This document shows positions 11,401 to 24,684 of a stretch of DNA of 64,000 nucleotides, one piece after another. Source of the stretch: Haliotis rufescens (lineage: Eukaryota); assembly GCF_023055435.1 (NCBI RefSeq), contig NW_025963891.1, positions 9,982,001-10,046,000 of the forward strand, in the 5' to 3' direction. Position 1 is the first letter of the stretch. Every line of letters begins with the position of its first letter. A program made the position numbers and the translations under genes. A model generated the notes under the pieces. It saw only the letters and a program-made list of their open reading frames with translations. It did not search any database and was not told the origin of the DNA.

Positions 11401-13364
11401 TTGATAACATCTATGAACAATGTTGGGGAAACATTTAGGAAAGAAGTAGGCATTCCCAAAGGCACCAATTGTGATCCCCTTCTTCCTGATCTGTTTCTTT
11501 ATGCATATGAATCAGTTGGTGAGTCAGTTGGTGAGTGAGTTCGGTTTAATATCGCTTTTAACATTATTCCAGTTATATCACGGCGTGTCAGCTTAATCCG
11601 GGAGGAGAGCCCGGAGTGATGTAGGTCTCAGACGTTTACCACTTCGATGACACCCACGAGCACGGGTATGGTGCTGACAAATCTAGAAATATAATCGGGG
11701 CGACCTGGGATTCCAACCTTCAATCATAGGTTTCTGGTGTGCCCAAGAGACGCAACTCTGCACAGCGAATCGCGGCGCCCCCCGCCCCCCATATAGGGAC
11801 ATTTCCAAACTTGACGCATGAATGACAAAAATGAAGTCCAATGCAATTCCCAATTTTGACTTGCACAATATGTTCACGTGCGTTTCAGGTGAACAATTGA
11901 CTTGCCCTTGCATGTGTTTGTAACGGGTGCCACAGATGGGGCAGGATACGCTCACCTTTTCTCGAACACCTGGTATCATCTCTAAATGATTGTGATTCTT
12001 AAACACTAGTTCATGATATATTCGAAAGATTTCTTATGAATAAGGAATGAGTTTTTCTTGGCATAAGTCTACTACTTCATGGTTCAACAATTTCCATTCT
12101 ACCATTATCACAACATTTACTTACAGTTTCTGTTAGAAAGTATGAGGATAGATGAGAACATATTTCATCCTTTAGGAATTGTTCCACCATCTCCTGAAAT
12201 ACAAAAAACATGGTTTCAGTTGTTGCCCTTAAGCTTTTGCAGAGGCTTTGCAAGTTATTTATTTCACACAATAATGCCAACTGATGAACATTTAAGTGTG
12301 TGAGTTGTGTTTTACGCCACTTTTAGCAATATCAAGGCGATAGACACCAGAAATGAGTTTCACACATTGTACCCAAGTAGGGATTCGGACGGCGAACGCG
12401 TTAACCTCTAGCCTTCCACCTTTTTAGACGTTTTCTCGTTAGTGAATATAACTGAACTCGTTTTTCATAGTTGAACTAAATTCGTGTTCATGCTTTATCA
12501 TGGAAGGATTCAACGGATGCACAATTATTACTTTATTCCCTTCTCATCAAACCCCGTTATCAACGTAGGCAATTGTGAAATTGGAAAAGGGAAGAAGTTC
12601 CTTTTCATATGTCTTGCAAGTTGAATTGCCTTTCCGACATTATGTCACTGCAAGTCCCACAAGCCACTTAGCGAACAAGGGATCGACGTCAGCGATTCGA
12701 ATCTACAACTGACAGATCTACAAAGCAAACATCATCTTCATAGAAGACTTTTCAAACCCATGCTCCCGTATTTCGAAGCAATGCAGTAATATACAACTGA
12801 AAGTCGTATATTAAATGCCAATAAATAGAACTGTTCGTTTATTTGACAAGCAGGAAGTAGGCACTGCTCAATCAATTTCTAATTTATTCAAGTTACATGA
12901 CTCACCACGCCTTCATCTGTATCCAATCTGGCAATTACCGCGGTGAGTGTTTCCTTACAGTTCGTACACGCATCGTCATCCTTTGAAATGATGCAGAAGA
13001 AACCCACTAGTATCATATCATATGTGAAACGGATTTTTTCTCTTATTAGCAGTTCATTTTGTACTGAACACTGACATTGAAAATAGATATAACGATTACA
13101 ACACACACACGTTTATAAGTTTTGCATATATAGTTGTCAGGTGAGAAGATATTTTACCTCCGTTGATGATGTTACTAGTTGTCTTATATTCCAGTTATTA
13201 GGCAGCGATATAGCTGAAACAAATATGGAGTTTATAAGTCAAATGTGTATGAGTTGGTAAAATAGCCCGTGCACAAATATACAAAGGTTGACATATAATC
13301 AACCAACCAATTTACCTGACCCAACGGAGACACAAAGGGCAATAATGAGAATCGAAGTATTCAT
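8461..13364 (-). CDS. Secreted two-SapB-domain saposin-like protein, copy B, 11 exons, 239 aa
   Basis: Manual splice, all GT-AG: 13364-13316, 13213-13158, 12980-12906, 12193-12125, 11248-11189, 11017-10928, 10564-10490, 10231-10163, 9578-9519, 9251-9159, 8484-8461. Protein: MNTSILIIALCVSVGSA ISLPNNWNIRQLVTSSTE DDDACTNCKETLTAVIARLDTDEGV EMVEQFLKDEICSHLSSYFLTET CNSAVHGLVPGLLEYVVENA DPEVLCSLAMLCPEELNNHFKMVTNVDVQT GDDACANCIEVVDNFIASLNTDEVK EQVETYFDHVICSPLSAYFLEEV CTAEVRALIPGVLDYIVENA DPEGLCTLATLCPENLKGKPSTALVTDFLQK NLFLRRM*. Two complete six-Cys saposin patterns (CxxC...C...C...PxxxCxxxxxC), an upstream TATA box and a downstream AATAAA. Confidence 0.9.
9843..10034. mobile_element. MITE fragment with gatcttag/ctaagatc subrepeats in intron 8 (present in all four units)
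   Basis: Repeated, partly palindromic motifs ending cgctttgtgcaagtggacccag, flanked by a ~45-bp direct duplication (ccaggtatc...agaagaagcaacaaca). Confidence 0.5.
11395..11513 (+). mobile_element. Shorter PLE RT remnant in intron 4 (also ~22990-23112 and ~34100-34222)
   Basis: YLIDNIY...VGIPKGTNCDPLLPDLFLYAYES; homologous to 45500-45600 and cut off at the SINE insertion point. Confidence 0.75.
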
Positions 13365-13431
13365 TTTCGGGGATGAACGTTAACACGACGTTGATGTCAA
13401 GTCAGACTGTTTGATGCAAACGCCATGGAGG

Positions 13432-13439
13432 TTTATATA
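13432..13439 (-). promoter_or_regulatory. TATA box (TATATAAA) of saposin-like copy B
   Basis: 68 bp upstream of the ATG at 13364. Confidence 0.7.
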
Positions 13440-16400
13440 CTCAAGCTAGGGTGACAGCATGTGCAACTCGACACTAATTAATTTTCCCATATGTCTTTTA
13501 ATGGGTGCGTTTGGCAATTTTGAAGAGATCATTACCCTTTTTAGTTGGTGCTAATAACGCCAATTGCCTGGTTAAAAGTGTCAGACATGTAAAACTGATA
13601 TAGTCAACATGCCTATTCCAATATGCTTAACAACATGTGTTTCGCAATAGCCATCATGTGTATATCGATATTGGCACCCCTTTACATTATATTCTTCATA
13701 ATTTATTTTTAATGCATCAGTTTCTTGTCGTGATGAATAACAATACTATTTATTGCCAAGGACATAATGTCGGCGGTCGTATTTTAAGAGTAAGGTAATG
13801 TGTAATGTGTTCAATTCTGATTTGGAAGCTGCGATAATGAGAGACATTAGAAATTTAACAGAATTCAAAACATCTATGACAGAGAATAATCAGTTTCACA
13901 TTTCTACCGAAAACATAAGGTGTAACAGCTAAAATAATGATGAATATTACATGTATGCAATCGACTATAGACCAGACACTCCAGTGATTGATATTATGAG
14001 CAGTGAGCCACGTCGTCGGGGTACGACGCCAGGCTGTCAACCAAGACAACAAGCCTGACCATCCGTCCCTATTAAAGTAAGTGCCAGCAGGTGTGAGATT
14101 TTCTACTTTAATATGTATTGTATTTCATCCTTACCTAATCTGAAAGTACTATGTTTTTACTCTGACGATTGCAAACTATGACGTCATCATAAGGAGAAAT
14201 GACAAAGTTCAGCTTTTCTTGTTTGAAGATGTTCACGATTGAATATGCCTGTGAGATAACAGAACATTAAGCCCCACTACCAATTAGATGTACACATATC
14301 AAAATGGCATTAAATTTTGAAAGAAATGGCTGAATAATGGACATAAATTTCAGATTTCAGCGTTGTCAGAGTTGAAAGATCAAATAAAGGTCAGAACCTA
14401 ATACATGGCAAAAGCGAACACACATGTTGAACCCCACTACTAACTACATACATACATACATACCAAATTTCGTTTGAGTAATAGCCAGAAATAGGTTTTC
14501 CAATATGATTTGCGTAGTGGCCATATTGAAATCGGATTTCAACCTTTCCTTTAGATTCAGGTGGCATCATTTGTTGGAAGTTTCAACTTCATTGGCCCAG
14601 TGGATTCTGAAGAAATTATGTTTGTATTGGTAGGAAATGCAATTTGAGAGAATTTGGGAGCATGGTCAAAGGGATGAAAACATATATTATTATTAAAAAA
14701 GGAACACATATATGTTGAGTCCTGCAACCTTGTTGAGTACCATGTTTTATTACATTTTGTCCAGATTTCCCACAAGCCCTTACAGCTTTCATTGTAGTCA
14801 GCCCATGATGGAAACAAATACAACAACTCGCACACAAAAAAAGGAAGTTTATGTTGATGCACCCTACTACCAGCTTCCCATGCACCATCATTCATTCCAT
14901 TTTAAACATAATGGCTAACTGACGAAATAACGCATGGCGCCTGACGGACAAACACTCCTCTGTTTAAAATATGTCGCAAATATCCAACCATTCACGTGAA
15001 CTACGTCCTAGGCGTCTTTATTATTGTGTGTATAGCGAGGATTGTATATACGGAAATGGGCGGAGATGATTTCATTTACCAAACTGTTATTCTTGCACTT
15101 TTGACTTACAGTAATGTAACGTTTCGAGATCAAACTGAGCATCGCTTCATGTCGTTCTAAATGCTTCTTATGCTGGGCCAACAGATAAGGTTGGACAGCA
15201 CTGACACTGATACTATCTGGAAACTGTTAATTCTATTCCTTGTTGTTTCAATATCATAATTGTATCGTGAAAGACTTAAATATGAATTTATTACATGATG
15301 TTTATTATCATTTAATTTAATTCACTACAGAACGCCTTCATTGTTCTTGAAATGACGTTTAACCAAAGTGGTCAACGTGTGACACATCAAACTGACACTC
15401 CTTGTGGATCGATGCTCATGATGTCAATCACTGGATTGTCTGGTCCAGACGCGATTGTTTAGAGACTGCCATCATACAGCTGGAATAATGCTGAGTGCGG
15501 AGTTACACAACAAACAAACAAAAAACAGAGTCATCGCGAAAAACACTTAAGTTGGTGTGTAATAAAAAACATCAATCACGAATCATAAGGACGAACTTCT
15601 GAAATGCTGAAAACTCCTGCGCTTCTCAATAACTCTTTTATCTATTAGTGTGAATTCATATTTCTCCCTGGATGTTTTATCTTAAACTGCCTGAATACTT
15701 TGCGTTCATGCCAACATCCTTTCCTACAGTGTACGTGATCACTGTTGGGTGACCAATACAACAGAAAATGTCTTTCCACTAATGCAAACGTAACTGCCAT
15801 ATACACTTTAATAGAATAGAGCAACAAAAACATGTATGTGATCTAGATTTCAAGTGTGGGTGTGCAAGTGACGGTGGTTCAGAGNNNNNNNNNNNNNNNN
15901 NNNNNNNNNNNNNNNNNNNNNNNNNNNNNNNNNNNNNNNNNNNNNNNNNNNNNNNNNNNNNNNNNNNNNNNNNNNNNNNNNNNNNNNNNNNNNNNNNNNN
16001 NNNNNNNNNNNNNNNNNNNNNNNNNNNNNNNNNNNNNNNNNNNNNNNNNNNNAATTGAGTCTGGGCCAGACAATCTAGTGATTTGTATCATGAACATCGA
16101 TCCACTTAATGTGGGATACGATATGACGCATCAACCAAGTCAGTGAGCCTGACCTCCTGATCCCGTTAGTCGCCTCTTTCGACAAGCATAGTCTCCTCTT
16201 ACGACATGGGTTGCTGAAGATCTGTTCTAACCCGTATCTTCACGGCGGATTCCAAAACTATGTATATCATCGTCATATTAGTGATAGACAATTTCCTTTA
16301 GTTGGTATGGCCTTGTGCTAGTATGGCAGTAAGCCCACTGAGATGCCATGCTGCAGTATAAAATGTCTCCCTACTCAAAAACAGTATACTGACTAAGCGG

Positions 16401-19400
16401 AAAAACCCTTCGTTTATCCTCTTAATACTAAATGCCAACAGGGTTACAACAAATATAATCTCTTAACGTATTTGGGTACGCCCCTGCAATGTTGTTGGAG
16501 AATGAGGACGTCAGCATCGATCTTCCCTTTTTGTTTGACAATCAGAGACTGTGAGGCATTAAGTGTATTTGCCTTCAGTAGCATTATTTCGAGAGTACAT
16601 GATCGGTCGTTTCTGAAAAAGACATTGTATGTGATTTTTTATGCCCCTTCGTTTTTAACAGTCCATCTTTAAGAGTGTTGGTTGGGTCAACTGTGTAACA
16701 AACTATTATTCCAATGAAACCAAACACGTTTCCTTCATATCATTGCATGTGGAACACACACACACCTACTTTGTTGATACCTGCATGAAATGCCTTTGTT
16801 GACTCGTGCTAGATTTGAGACTAAAGGAAACACCATTTACGGTAATTTAACTATATGACTCGCAACGTGACTCAAGTTTCTTGAGAGAGAAACAATGTCA
16901 TGACATGGAAGAGTGTATGCCATGATCTTTATTAACTGTACTATGACTTTAATAATGATCTTCACTCATGACGGGTTTTTTCCAGTGTGGTAGAGCATGT
17001 TCAGCCAATCACACACACCTGGTGTCGTCGCTGAAACCCTTTGTGATTAATACTTTTGAATTTGTTGCTTTCATACCTTTTTTTCTTTGATTTAAATAGT
17101 AAATGTCATAAGAAAAGGATTAACCTTTGCAATACTCTAGACAAGTCATAGCAGAGCGATGCTTCTTATTCATTTATATAACATTCCTACGTAAGATGAA
17201 GATTGGACAATTATTGTTGTGTATAACTTTATATTGTGATTCTCAGATACAGACTCAAAGGAGATTAATACAGAAAAAATGTATATCGAAACGTTTACGC
17301 ATACGAATTACCAACGGATAGAGATGCTTGATAGACTGTTTACATTGAATTTGATTTATTTCTTTTGTTATATCTGCTCTTTGTGTCTCTGACAATATTT
17401 AACCGTAATCTTATAAAGTGTATGCTCTGCTCAAGTGTCGCAGTCATATTCTTTAAGCGAACCCTGTCCTCACACTTATATAGTTTAGGACAACTCGTTA
17501 TACATTATATGAATTTATGCAAGAATATGTGATTTGTGTTATATCCATATAAAACATGATTTAACATTAACATTTAGGACAACTCGTTGTACATCATATG
17601 AATTTATGCAAGAATATGTGATTTGTGTTACATATGTGTATACATATGCGTCTTTGCAGGAAGGGGGTGCCTCTTTAGGTAACATCTGGGGTCACTGGAG
17701 GAACGGTGGCCCATACCCGCCACTGGTGAGATCATTTCCCCCTGTATGCCTCTACATTTTATCTCGCGGCCACCAGATACTTCCACTGGTGAGATAAAAT
17801 ATAGAGGTATACAGGGGAAAATGATCTCACTAGTGGAAGTATCTGGCTGCCGCCAGACAAAATATAGACGCATACAGTGAAAAATGATCTCACCAGTGGC
17901 GGGTCTGGGCCACCGTAATGGAGTCGTTATCATGGACTCAACTTTTTTTCACAAACGGATAAATATATAGACGAATGCAATGCTATTTTTGGAAACGTTG
18001 ATAATCAAAGTCCGATTCATTCACGTTACATCCGCAAGACGCTGAAAAGGATACGCCTCCAGTTGAATATGTCAGGCTTGGATATTAGGATATTAAAGAG
18101 ATATTATCTTTCTGTCAATATTGCACTGTATTATAATAGTTTCCAAGATTTGTAACGTTTAATATACATAAATGATTATCTTTATTGCGCTGTTTAACGA
18201 TGATTCAGAACCCGTGGTATTTGATTAACAGCTGAAAACAGAATTCCCTCTATGTTCAGTCATGGTTGAATATGTATAGCCAGAATACTGAAAGCGTTTA
18301 CTGAAATATCAGTAGAATATACGAATGTAGTATAGATGTCTTAGAAAGATCAAGGGATTTTTTTTAGCCTTAACATGTGTCCATATCTTTTGCAAAAATC
18401 CAGTCAACAATACATCGGATGGCTTCCCTTTAACATTCTCTGGACATAACGTGTATAGAGTGCACATAGACTGGTAACGAGGACTGGCACCCAAAATTAA
18501 TAAAATGGGATAAAATGCTTGTATTGTCTGTAATGTGCAGGGAGTGAGACAGCCTCATCTGTTTCATCTTATCAAAACTGATCCTCAGATGCAATTCCCA
18601 ATTGCGAATTGGGCCAAATGTTCCCGTGTTTCTTCAGATGAATATCTGGCATGTGTTTGTCGCGGGTAGAACGGATTCAGAAGGATATGCTGCATTAACG
18701 TATGTCACTAAATGTACGGGGTGATAAATATTACATTCCAAATCACTTCCCTCGTATTGAGTGACACCCCATTGCTTTTCCGTAGTGCATTACCCAGCAG
18801 GCACAAAACATTGTTCTGTTGAAATTTGGTTGATCTGAGGCTGCTACGTTCAAAAACATTGTATCGACATTGTTTCAACATTGGCCTTTCGATAGTTGAA
18901 AACATGTTGAATCTGATATTGTTTCAACATTGAATAGTAATCTAAAAACGATGATATCTCAGAAAACCATGACTTCTGCAATACTTAATTAAAATATATA
19001 TTTGTTGTCGTTGGAATCAATATATCTAGACTCTAGATTGTCTGTTTTGTACCACATAATGATGATTTAAAGACGTATTACATATCATAAATATAGATAA
19101 ACATTTGGTTTAACAATGCTAATACAGATATTTTAAATACTTTCGTGAGCCATAGAAAGTATTACTGACATACAGTGATTTACTTTACCGAAACTGCCAG
19201 GACATCTCGCATTTCAACTGAACATTCCGGCGTGTATTTGGACATTGTAACCTCAGATAATTCAACCATAGAACGACCGAGTGATGTCCAATGAAACAAA
19301 CATGCACACTGTATGAACGCGCGATTTTTTTCCAAACAAAGGAGGTGATGCTGGTATATGACAGATCAAAAGTGACACTGGATTCTCTCAAAATGCAGCA

Positions 19401-19945
19401 TTCCACCCATATTAACCAAGTAGAAAAACGGCGTCTGATATGGCGACACTGGCATGCCCCCAACACAATATGAGTCCTGGCCAGGGTCCTCTAGTATCCA
19501 GGAAGGTGCAACCCTTATGGGAGTAGACTTTTGGAGTCCATTTGACCTGTTTATATTTTGTCTTTTTTAGATGTATGTGTCAGTGCAACCAATATCCATC
19601 CAATACCCAACCAAAAATCAACAATATTTCAACATTGATATCTGATGTCCATTCAACGTCAATATTTCAAATCCAATCAAAGATCAATGTCATTTCAACG
19701 TTGAAGGACGGCATTGATTCAGCATTAATTCAACATTATTGTGACTGCTGGGTTAATTACAATTTGCAATTCGCTATTGTTTCAAATGTATGCTGCACCA
19801 CATAAGTGGTATCCAAAATGTCCACTAAAGAGAAAAAAGACACTTGTCGATCATTTACTCCAATTAGTTTATTTTTTAAAGAGACACATATACAAACAAC
19901 TAATATGCTAATTCTAGTAGACGTTGATAATCTGGTCGATTCAAG

Positions 19946-20893
19946 TTACATCCGCCTCAAGAAAAGATTCTGAAAAATAGATAAGTCTTTAGTTGAGTCA
20001 TGCAAGTGAATCAGTGCAAAAATGTATTACGTCATTGTAAACTTCTATAACTTAATATACAATAGCATAGGTCAGGATTGAGATAAATTCATTCACAAGA
20101 AATATCATATTTAAGATAGTTCCTGATGATAAAGGCATTTTGTAAATGTGTTTATTGCTTTGATATGGCTCGAAGGGATTGATGCATACCTTGCTTAATG
20201 GTGATTCATAACTTGTAGACTTAACTATTTCATTAATATCTGAAAAAATAAAAATGACATCAATTGCAAGACAAACTATCATATCAAACCAGTTCCTAAA
20301 TATGGAGTCATAGTTCAATATGTCTAGTCATATGATGACAAACTTGATTACTGTAGTCTGAGACATTGATAATGGATAGCATGATTGTTTGGCATTAACA
20401 TCACATAAAATCATTTATTGGGAGAAATGCTTTAATTCAGATCAGTTGTCTATATGATCATAATACAATTTTGTATATTTCTAATGTTTTCTCATCTTGT
20501 TATTACAATTATGATTGTTTAGCATTCACATCACTTAAAATTATTTATTGGGAGTAATGCTTTAATTCAGATCAATTGTCTATATGATTATAATACAATT
20601 TTCTATTTTTCTAATGTTTTTTATCTTGTTCTTACAATGCTACCTTTTGAAGGAAGTCTGTCACCAGTGCAGTAGATGGCTTCCCTTTAAGATTCTCTGG
20701 GCATAATGTGGCGAGAGTGCAAAGGCCCTCGGGATCCTAAAGCATGAACAAACGGTGGACTGCTCATGACGATTGCCATCAAGATTACAACATTAAAAAA
20801 TACTTCAGATTAAAAAAAATAAAATAATATACTAATCTGTCTAACTGTACAATAGACCGAAATGTCAAACACACGCACGCACGCACGCACGCA

Positions 20894-20926
<33 letters not shown>

Positions 20927-23900
20927 CACCTTTCAAAACATACAAAGGATTTCTATAATTTTAAGCTTTTTTTATTTGGAATATCTACTGATGGAAATGT
21001 TTTAAGTAACATGTAGTTGTACCTCGAATTAGAAGTTGACAATTTGTTCATTTAAGCCCATGATAAAGTCATGTACCTGTGATATCCAATTCTTATATGA
21101 ATGGAATCGATAAACTGTAAAACGTTTTCCTTACCGCGTTTTCAACAATGTAATCCAGAACCCCGGGTATCAGAGCACGGACCTCAGCAGTACACTAAAA
21201 CAAAGTAAAGAAGTCAGCAGTTGAATATTGTTTTAAAACAACTTTAACAACTACGTTGTGCATTATCAAATTAATTGGCATTCGCTACACATGCATTTAT
21301 ACGTGTTATGGAAGTCTTGCATCATTTTGTTTCAGAGGAAGTTATTTCTAAGAAGACAAAAGAACTAATGCAAACAAATTTGTGTGGCTGAAACAATATG
21401 TGTGTCTAGGTATCATGTAGCCACTGTATGTTTAAGAAGAAGCAACAACAAGTTTATTCAGGGACTACAACGATCTTAGCTGCTTAAGATTGGTCCGGAC
21501 CAATTGTAAGTTTCGATTGTAACTTACAATGATCTTAGCCTACAATCGCTTTGTGCAAGTGGACGACGATTGTACCCGAAGCCAAAGATCGCGATCTTAA
21601 GGATTTATAATAATTGTAGCGCTAAGATCGCTTTGTGCAAGTGGAACCAGGTATTCTATAGCCACTGTATGTTTAAGAAGAAGCAACAACATTAACATGA
21701 TAGTCAATGTGTTTGACTGAAATACGTATTTCAATAGAAAGAAGAGTGGAACATAAGAACAAATAGGTAAACACTTACGACTTCCACCAGAAAATAAGCA
21801 GAAAGTGGACTGCAAATTACATGGTCGAAATACGTCTCCACTTGCTCCTGCACAATACATTAGACACACTTGTCATTTAGGGCCTAATCCAACAACAACA
21901 TTAGTAATGATTGCTTATTTGAATTATACACGTTGACATGTGCCCTGTGCGATAATTGGACATGTTGTCTCGGTAACTGTTTGCGATGGTATACACAAAG
22001 TTTATCAGACCAACAACATGTCAAGCTAATTCGATTAAAATGCAATTTATGGACAGTAAGGAAGTACAAAAACTTATTCACGCTAATTCAATATGAGCAT
22101 TTTACCTTCACTTCATCTGTGTTCAAACTCGCAATGAAACTATCAACGACTTCAATGCAGTTTGTACAAGAATCATCACCCTGGAAGAAAACACAACCCC
22201 TTTGTGTATGTTTATTAATTGTACATAAGTTAGGTTTAATCACACAATGAGTCGTCGACTATTGCGTATACAGAATAAACAATCACTGTTTTTAGTCAAT
22301 GACAGGTACACCAATGACCCACTCATCGAGGTCAACATAAATAGCTATACATAGATGTGTTGTGAGTATCTCTTAAACCCTGATCTATGTTTCACGGGGG
22401 TTCAAATGTCAGATCTTTGGTTTGTCAAAAGCATCGCTGTGCCATTGGTGCTAATTACTATCTGTGACATTCGTCCAACTTTAATATAACTGACATACAG
22501 TTAAAAGCGGGAATAAATCCAACACATTCACACAAGTCATTACCGTTTGTACATCGACATTTGTAACCATCTTAAAGTGATTATTAAGCTTCTCAGGACA
22601 CAACATTGCCAAACTGCACAAGACCTCAGGATCCTGAAACATATAGAATTAAATATTTTAAATTTACATTTTTAGTTTCTTTATCTTACATTAATATTTA
22701 TATTCTTCCTGCTCTTCAGATGATTTCTGTTTGTAGTTTATAATTAATCACTTTCACGTGTTACATACAATGATAAATAGGCCATCATGTCTCCCCTGAC
22801 TTACCGCGTTCTCCACAACATACTCCAGAAGAACAGCAGAGTTACACTAAAACAAGAAGATACAATGGTAAGACTCGTGACATAATGGCAATACAGTATT
22901 CCATTGATATTGTCCTAAGAACATGTAAAGCCAAAATCCTACCTCTGTCAGGCGATTAGTCTCCAAGTCATCGTTTACATAGTTTTTGTACTACCTCATT
23001 GATAACATCTATGAACAATGTTGGGGAAATATTTTAGGAAAGAAGTAGGCATTCCCAAAGGCACCAATTGTGAGCCCCTTCTTGCTGATCTGTTTCTTTA
23101 TGCATATGAATCAGTGAGTGAGTGAGTGAGTGAGTTCGGTTTAACATCGCTTTTAACATTATTCCAGTTATATCACGGCGTGTCAGCTTAATGTGGGAGG
23201 AAAGCTCGAAGTGATGTAGGTCTCAGACGTTTACCACTTCGGTGAAACCCACGAGCACGGGTATGGTGCTGACAAATCTAGAAATCTGATCGGGACGAGC
23301 CGGGATTCGAACCTTCAATCATAGGTTTCTGGCGTGCCCAAGGGACGCATCTCTGCACATCGAATCGCGGCGACTTAGACGACTGGGCCACCCGACTACT
23401 TTTTTTCAGAGATTTCTTATGAATATGGAAATAGCTTTTCTTGGCATACGTCTACTATTTAATGGTTCAACAATTTCCATTCTACCATCATCACAACATT
23501 TACTTACAGTTTCTGTGAGGAGGTATGAGGATAGATGAGAACATATTTCATCCTTTAGGAATTGTTCTGCCATCTCCTGAAATACAAACAAAGTTGCCCT
23601 TAAGCTGCCCACATTGTACCGAGGTAGGGATTCGGACGGCGAACGCGTTAACCTCTAGCCTTCCGCCTTTTTAGACGTTTTCTCGTTGGTGAATATAACT
23701 GAACTCGTTTTCATAGTTGAACTAAATTCGTGTTCATGCTTTATCATGGAAGGATTCAACGGCTGCACAATTATTACTTTATTCCCTTCTCATCAAACCC
23801 CGTCATCAACGTAGGCAATTGTGAAATTGGAAAAGGGAAGAAGTTCCTTTTCATATGTCTTGCAAGTTGATGTGCCTTTCCGAGATTATTTCACTGCAAG

Positions 23901-24609
23901 TCACACAAGCCACGTGGCGAACAATGGATCGACGCCAGCGATTCGAATCTACAATCGTCAGATTTACAAAGCAAACATCGCCTCTATAGAAGACTTTTGA
24001 AACCCATGCTGCCGTATTTCGAGGCAATGCAGTAATATACAACTGTAAGTCATTTTATTAAATGCCAATAAATAGAGCAGTTCATTTATTTGACAAGCAG
24101 GAAGTAGGCACTGCTCAATCGATTTCTAATTTATTCAAGTAGCATGACTTACCACGCCTTCATCTGTATCCGACCTGGCAATTACCGCGGTGAGGGTTTC
24201 CTTACAGCTCGTACACGCATCGTCATCCTTTGAAATGATGCAGAAGAAAACTACTAGTATCATATCATATGTGAAACGGTTTTTCTCTTATTAGCAGTTC
24301 ATTTTGTACTGAACACTGACTTTGAAAATAGAAATAACGATTGCAACACACACACGTTTATAAGTTTTGCATATATAGTTGTCAGGTGAGTAGAGAGTTT
24401 ACCTCCGTTGACGATGTTCCTAGTTGTCTTATATTACAGTTATTAGGCAGCGATATTGCTGAAACAAATATTGAGTTCATAAGTCAAATGTGTATGAGTT
24501 GGTAAAATATCCCGTGCACAAATATACAAAGGTTGACATATAATCAACCAACCAATTTACCTGACCCAACGGAGACACAAAGGGCAATAATGAGAATCGA
24601 AGTATTCAT
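19946..24609 (-). CDS. Secreted two-SapB-domain saposin-like protein, copy C, 233 aa (6-aa in-frame deletion in exon 5)
   Basis: Exons 24609-24561, 24458-24403, 24227-24153, 23576-23508, 22846-22805, 22633-22544, 22180-22106, 21847-21779, 21194-21135, 20736-20644, 19969-19946. Open frame, GT-AG sites kept, all 12 domain cysteines kept. Exon 5 is 42 nt instead of 60. Confidence 0.85.
23114..23398 (-). mobile_element. tRNA-derived SINE with V-domain-like core and (TCAC)n tail (also 34224-34517; 5'-truncated 11515-11778)
   Basis: Head GTAGTCGGGTGGCCCAGTCGTCTAAG (A box), GGTTCGAATCC (B box), GTGGGTTTC...TTTCCTCCCAC core, tail gccgtgatataactggaataatgttaaaagcgatgttaaac(tcac)n. Confidence 0.75.
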
Positions 24610-24676
24610 TTTCGGGGATGAACGTAAACACGACGTTGATGTCAAGTCAGACTGTTTGATGTAAACGCCATGGAGG

Positions 24677-24684
24677 TTTATATA
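24677..24684 (-). promoter_or_regulatory. TATA box of saposin-like copy C
   Basis: TATATAAA on the minus strand, 68 bp upstream of the ATG. Confidence 0.7.

Noticed and set aside
8461-13364. Calling the gene prosaposin (PSAP) or NK-lysin
   Set aside because: Only two SapB domains, no SapA domains, acidic rather than cationic. Orthology cannot be supported from the sequence alone, so no symbol is given.
15885-16052. N-runs here and at 43287-43456
   Set aside because: Assembly gaps or masking at positions where other units have microsatellites; not biological features.
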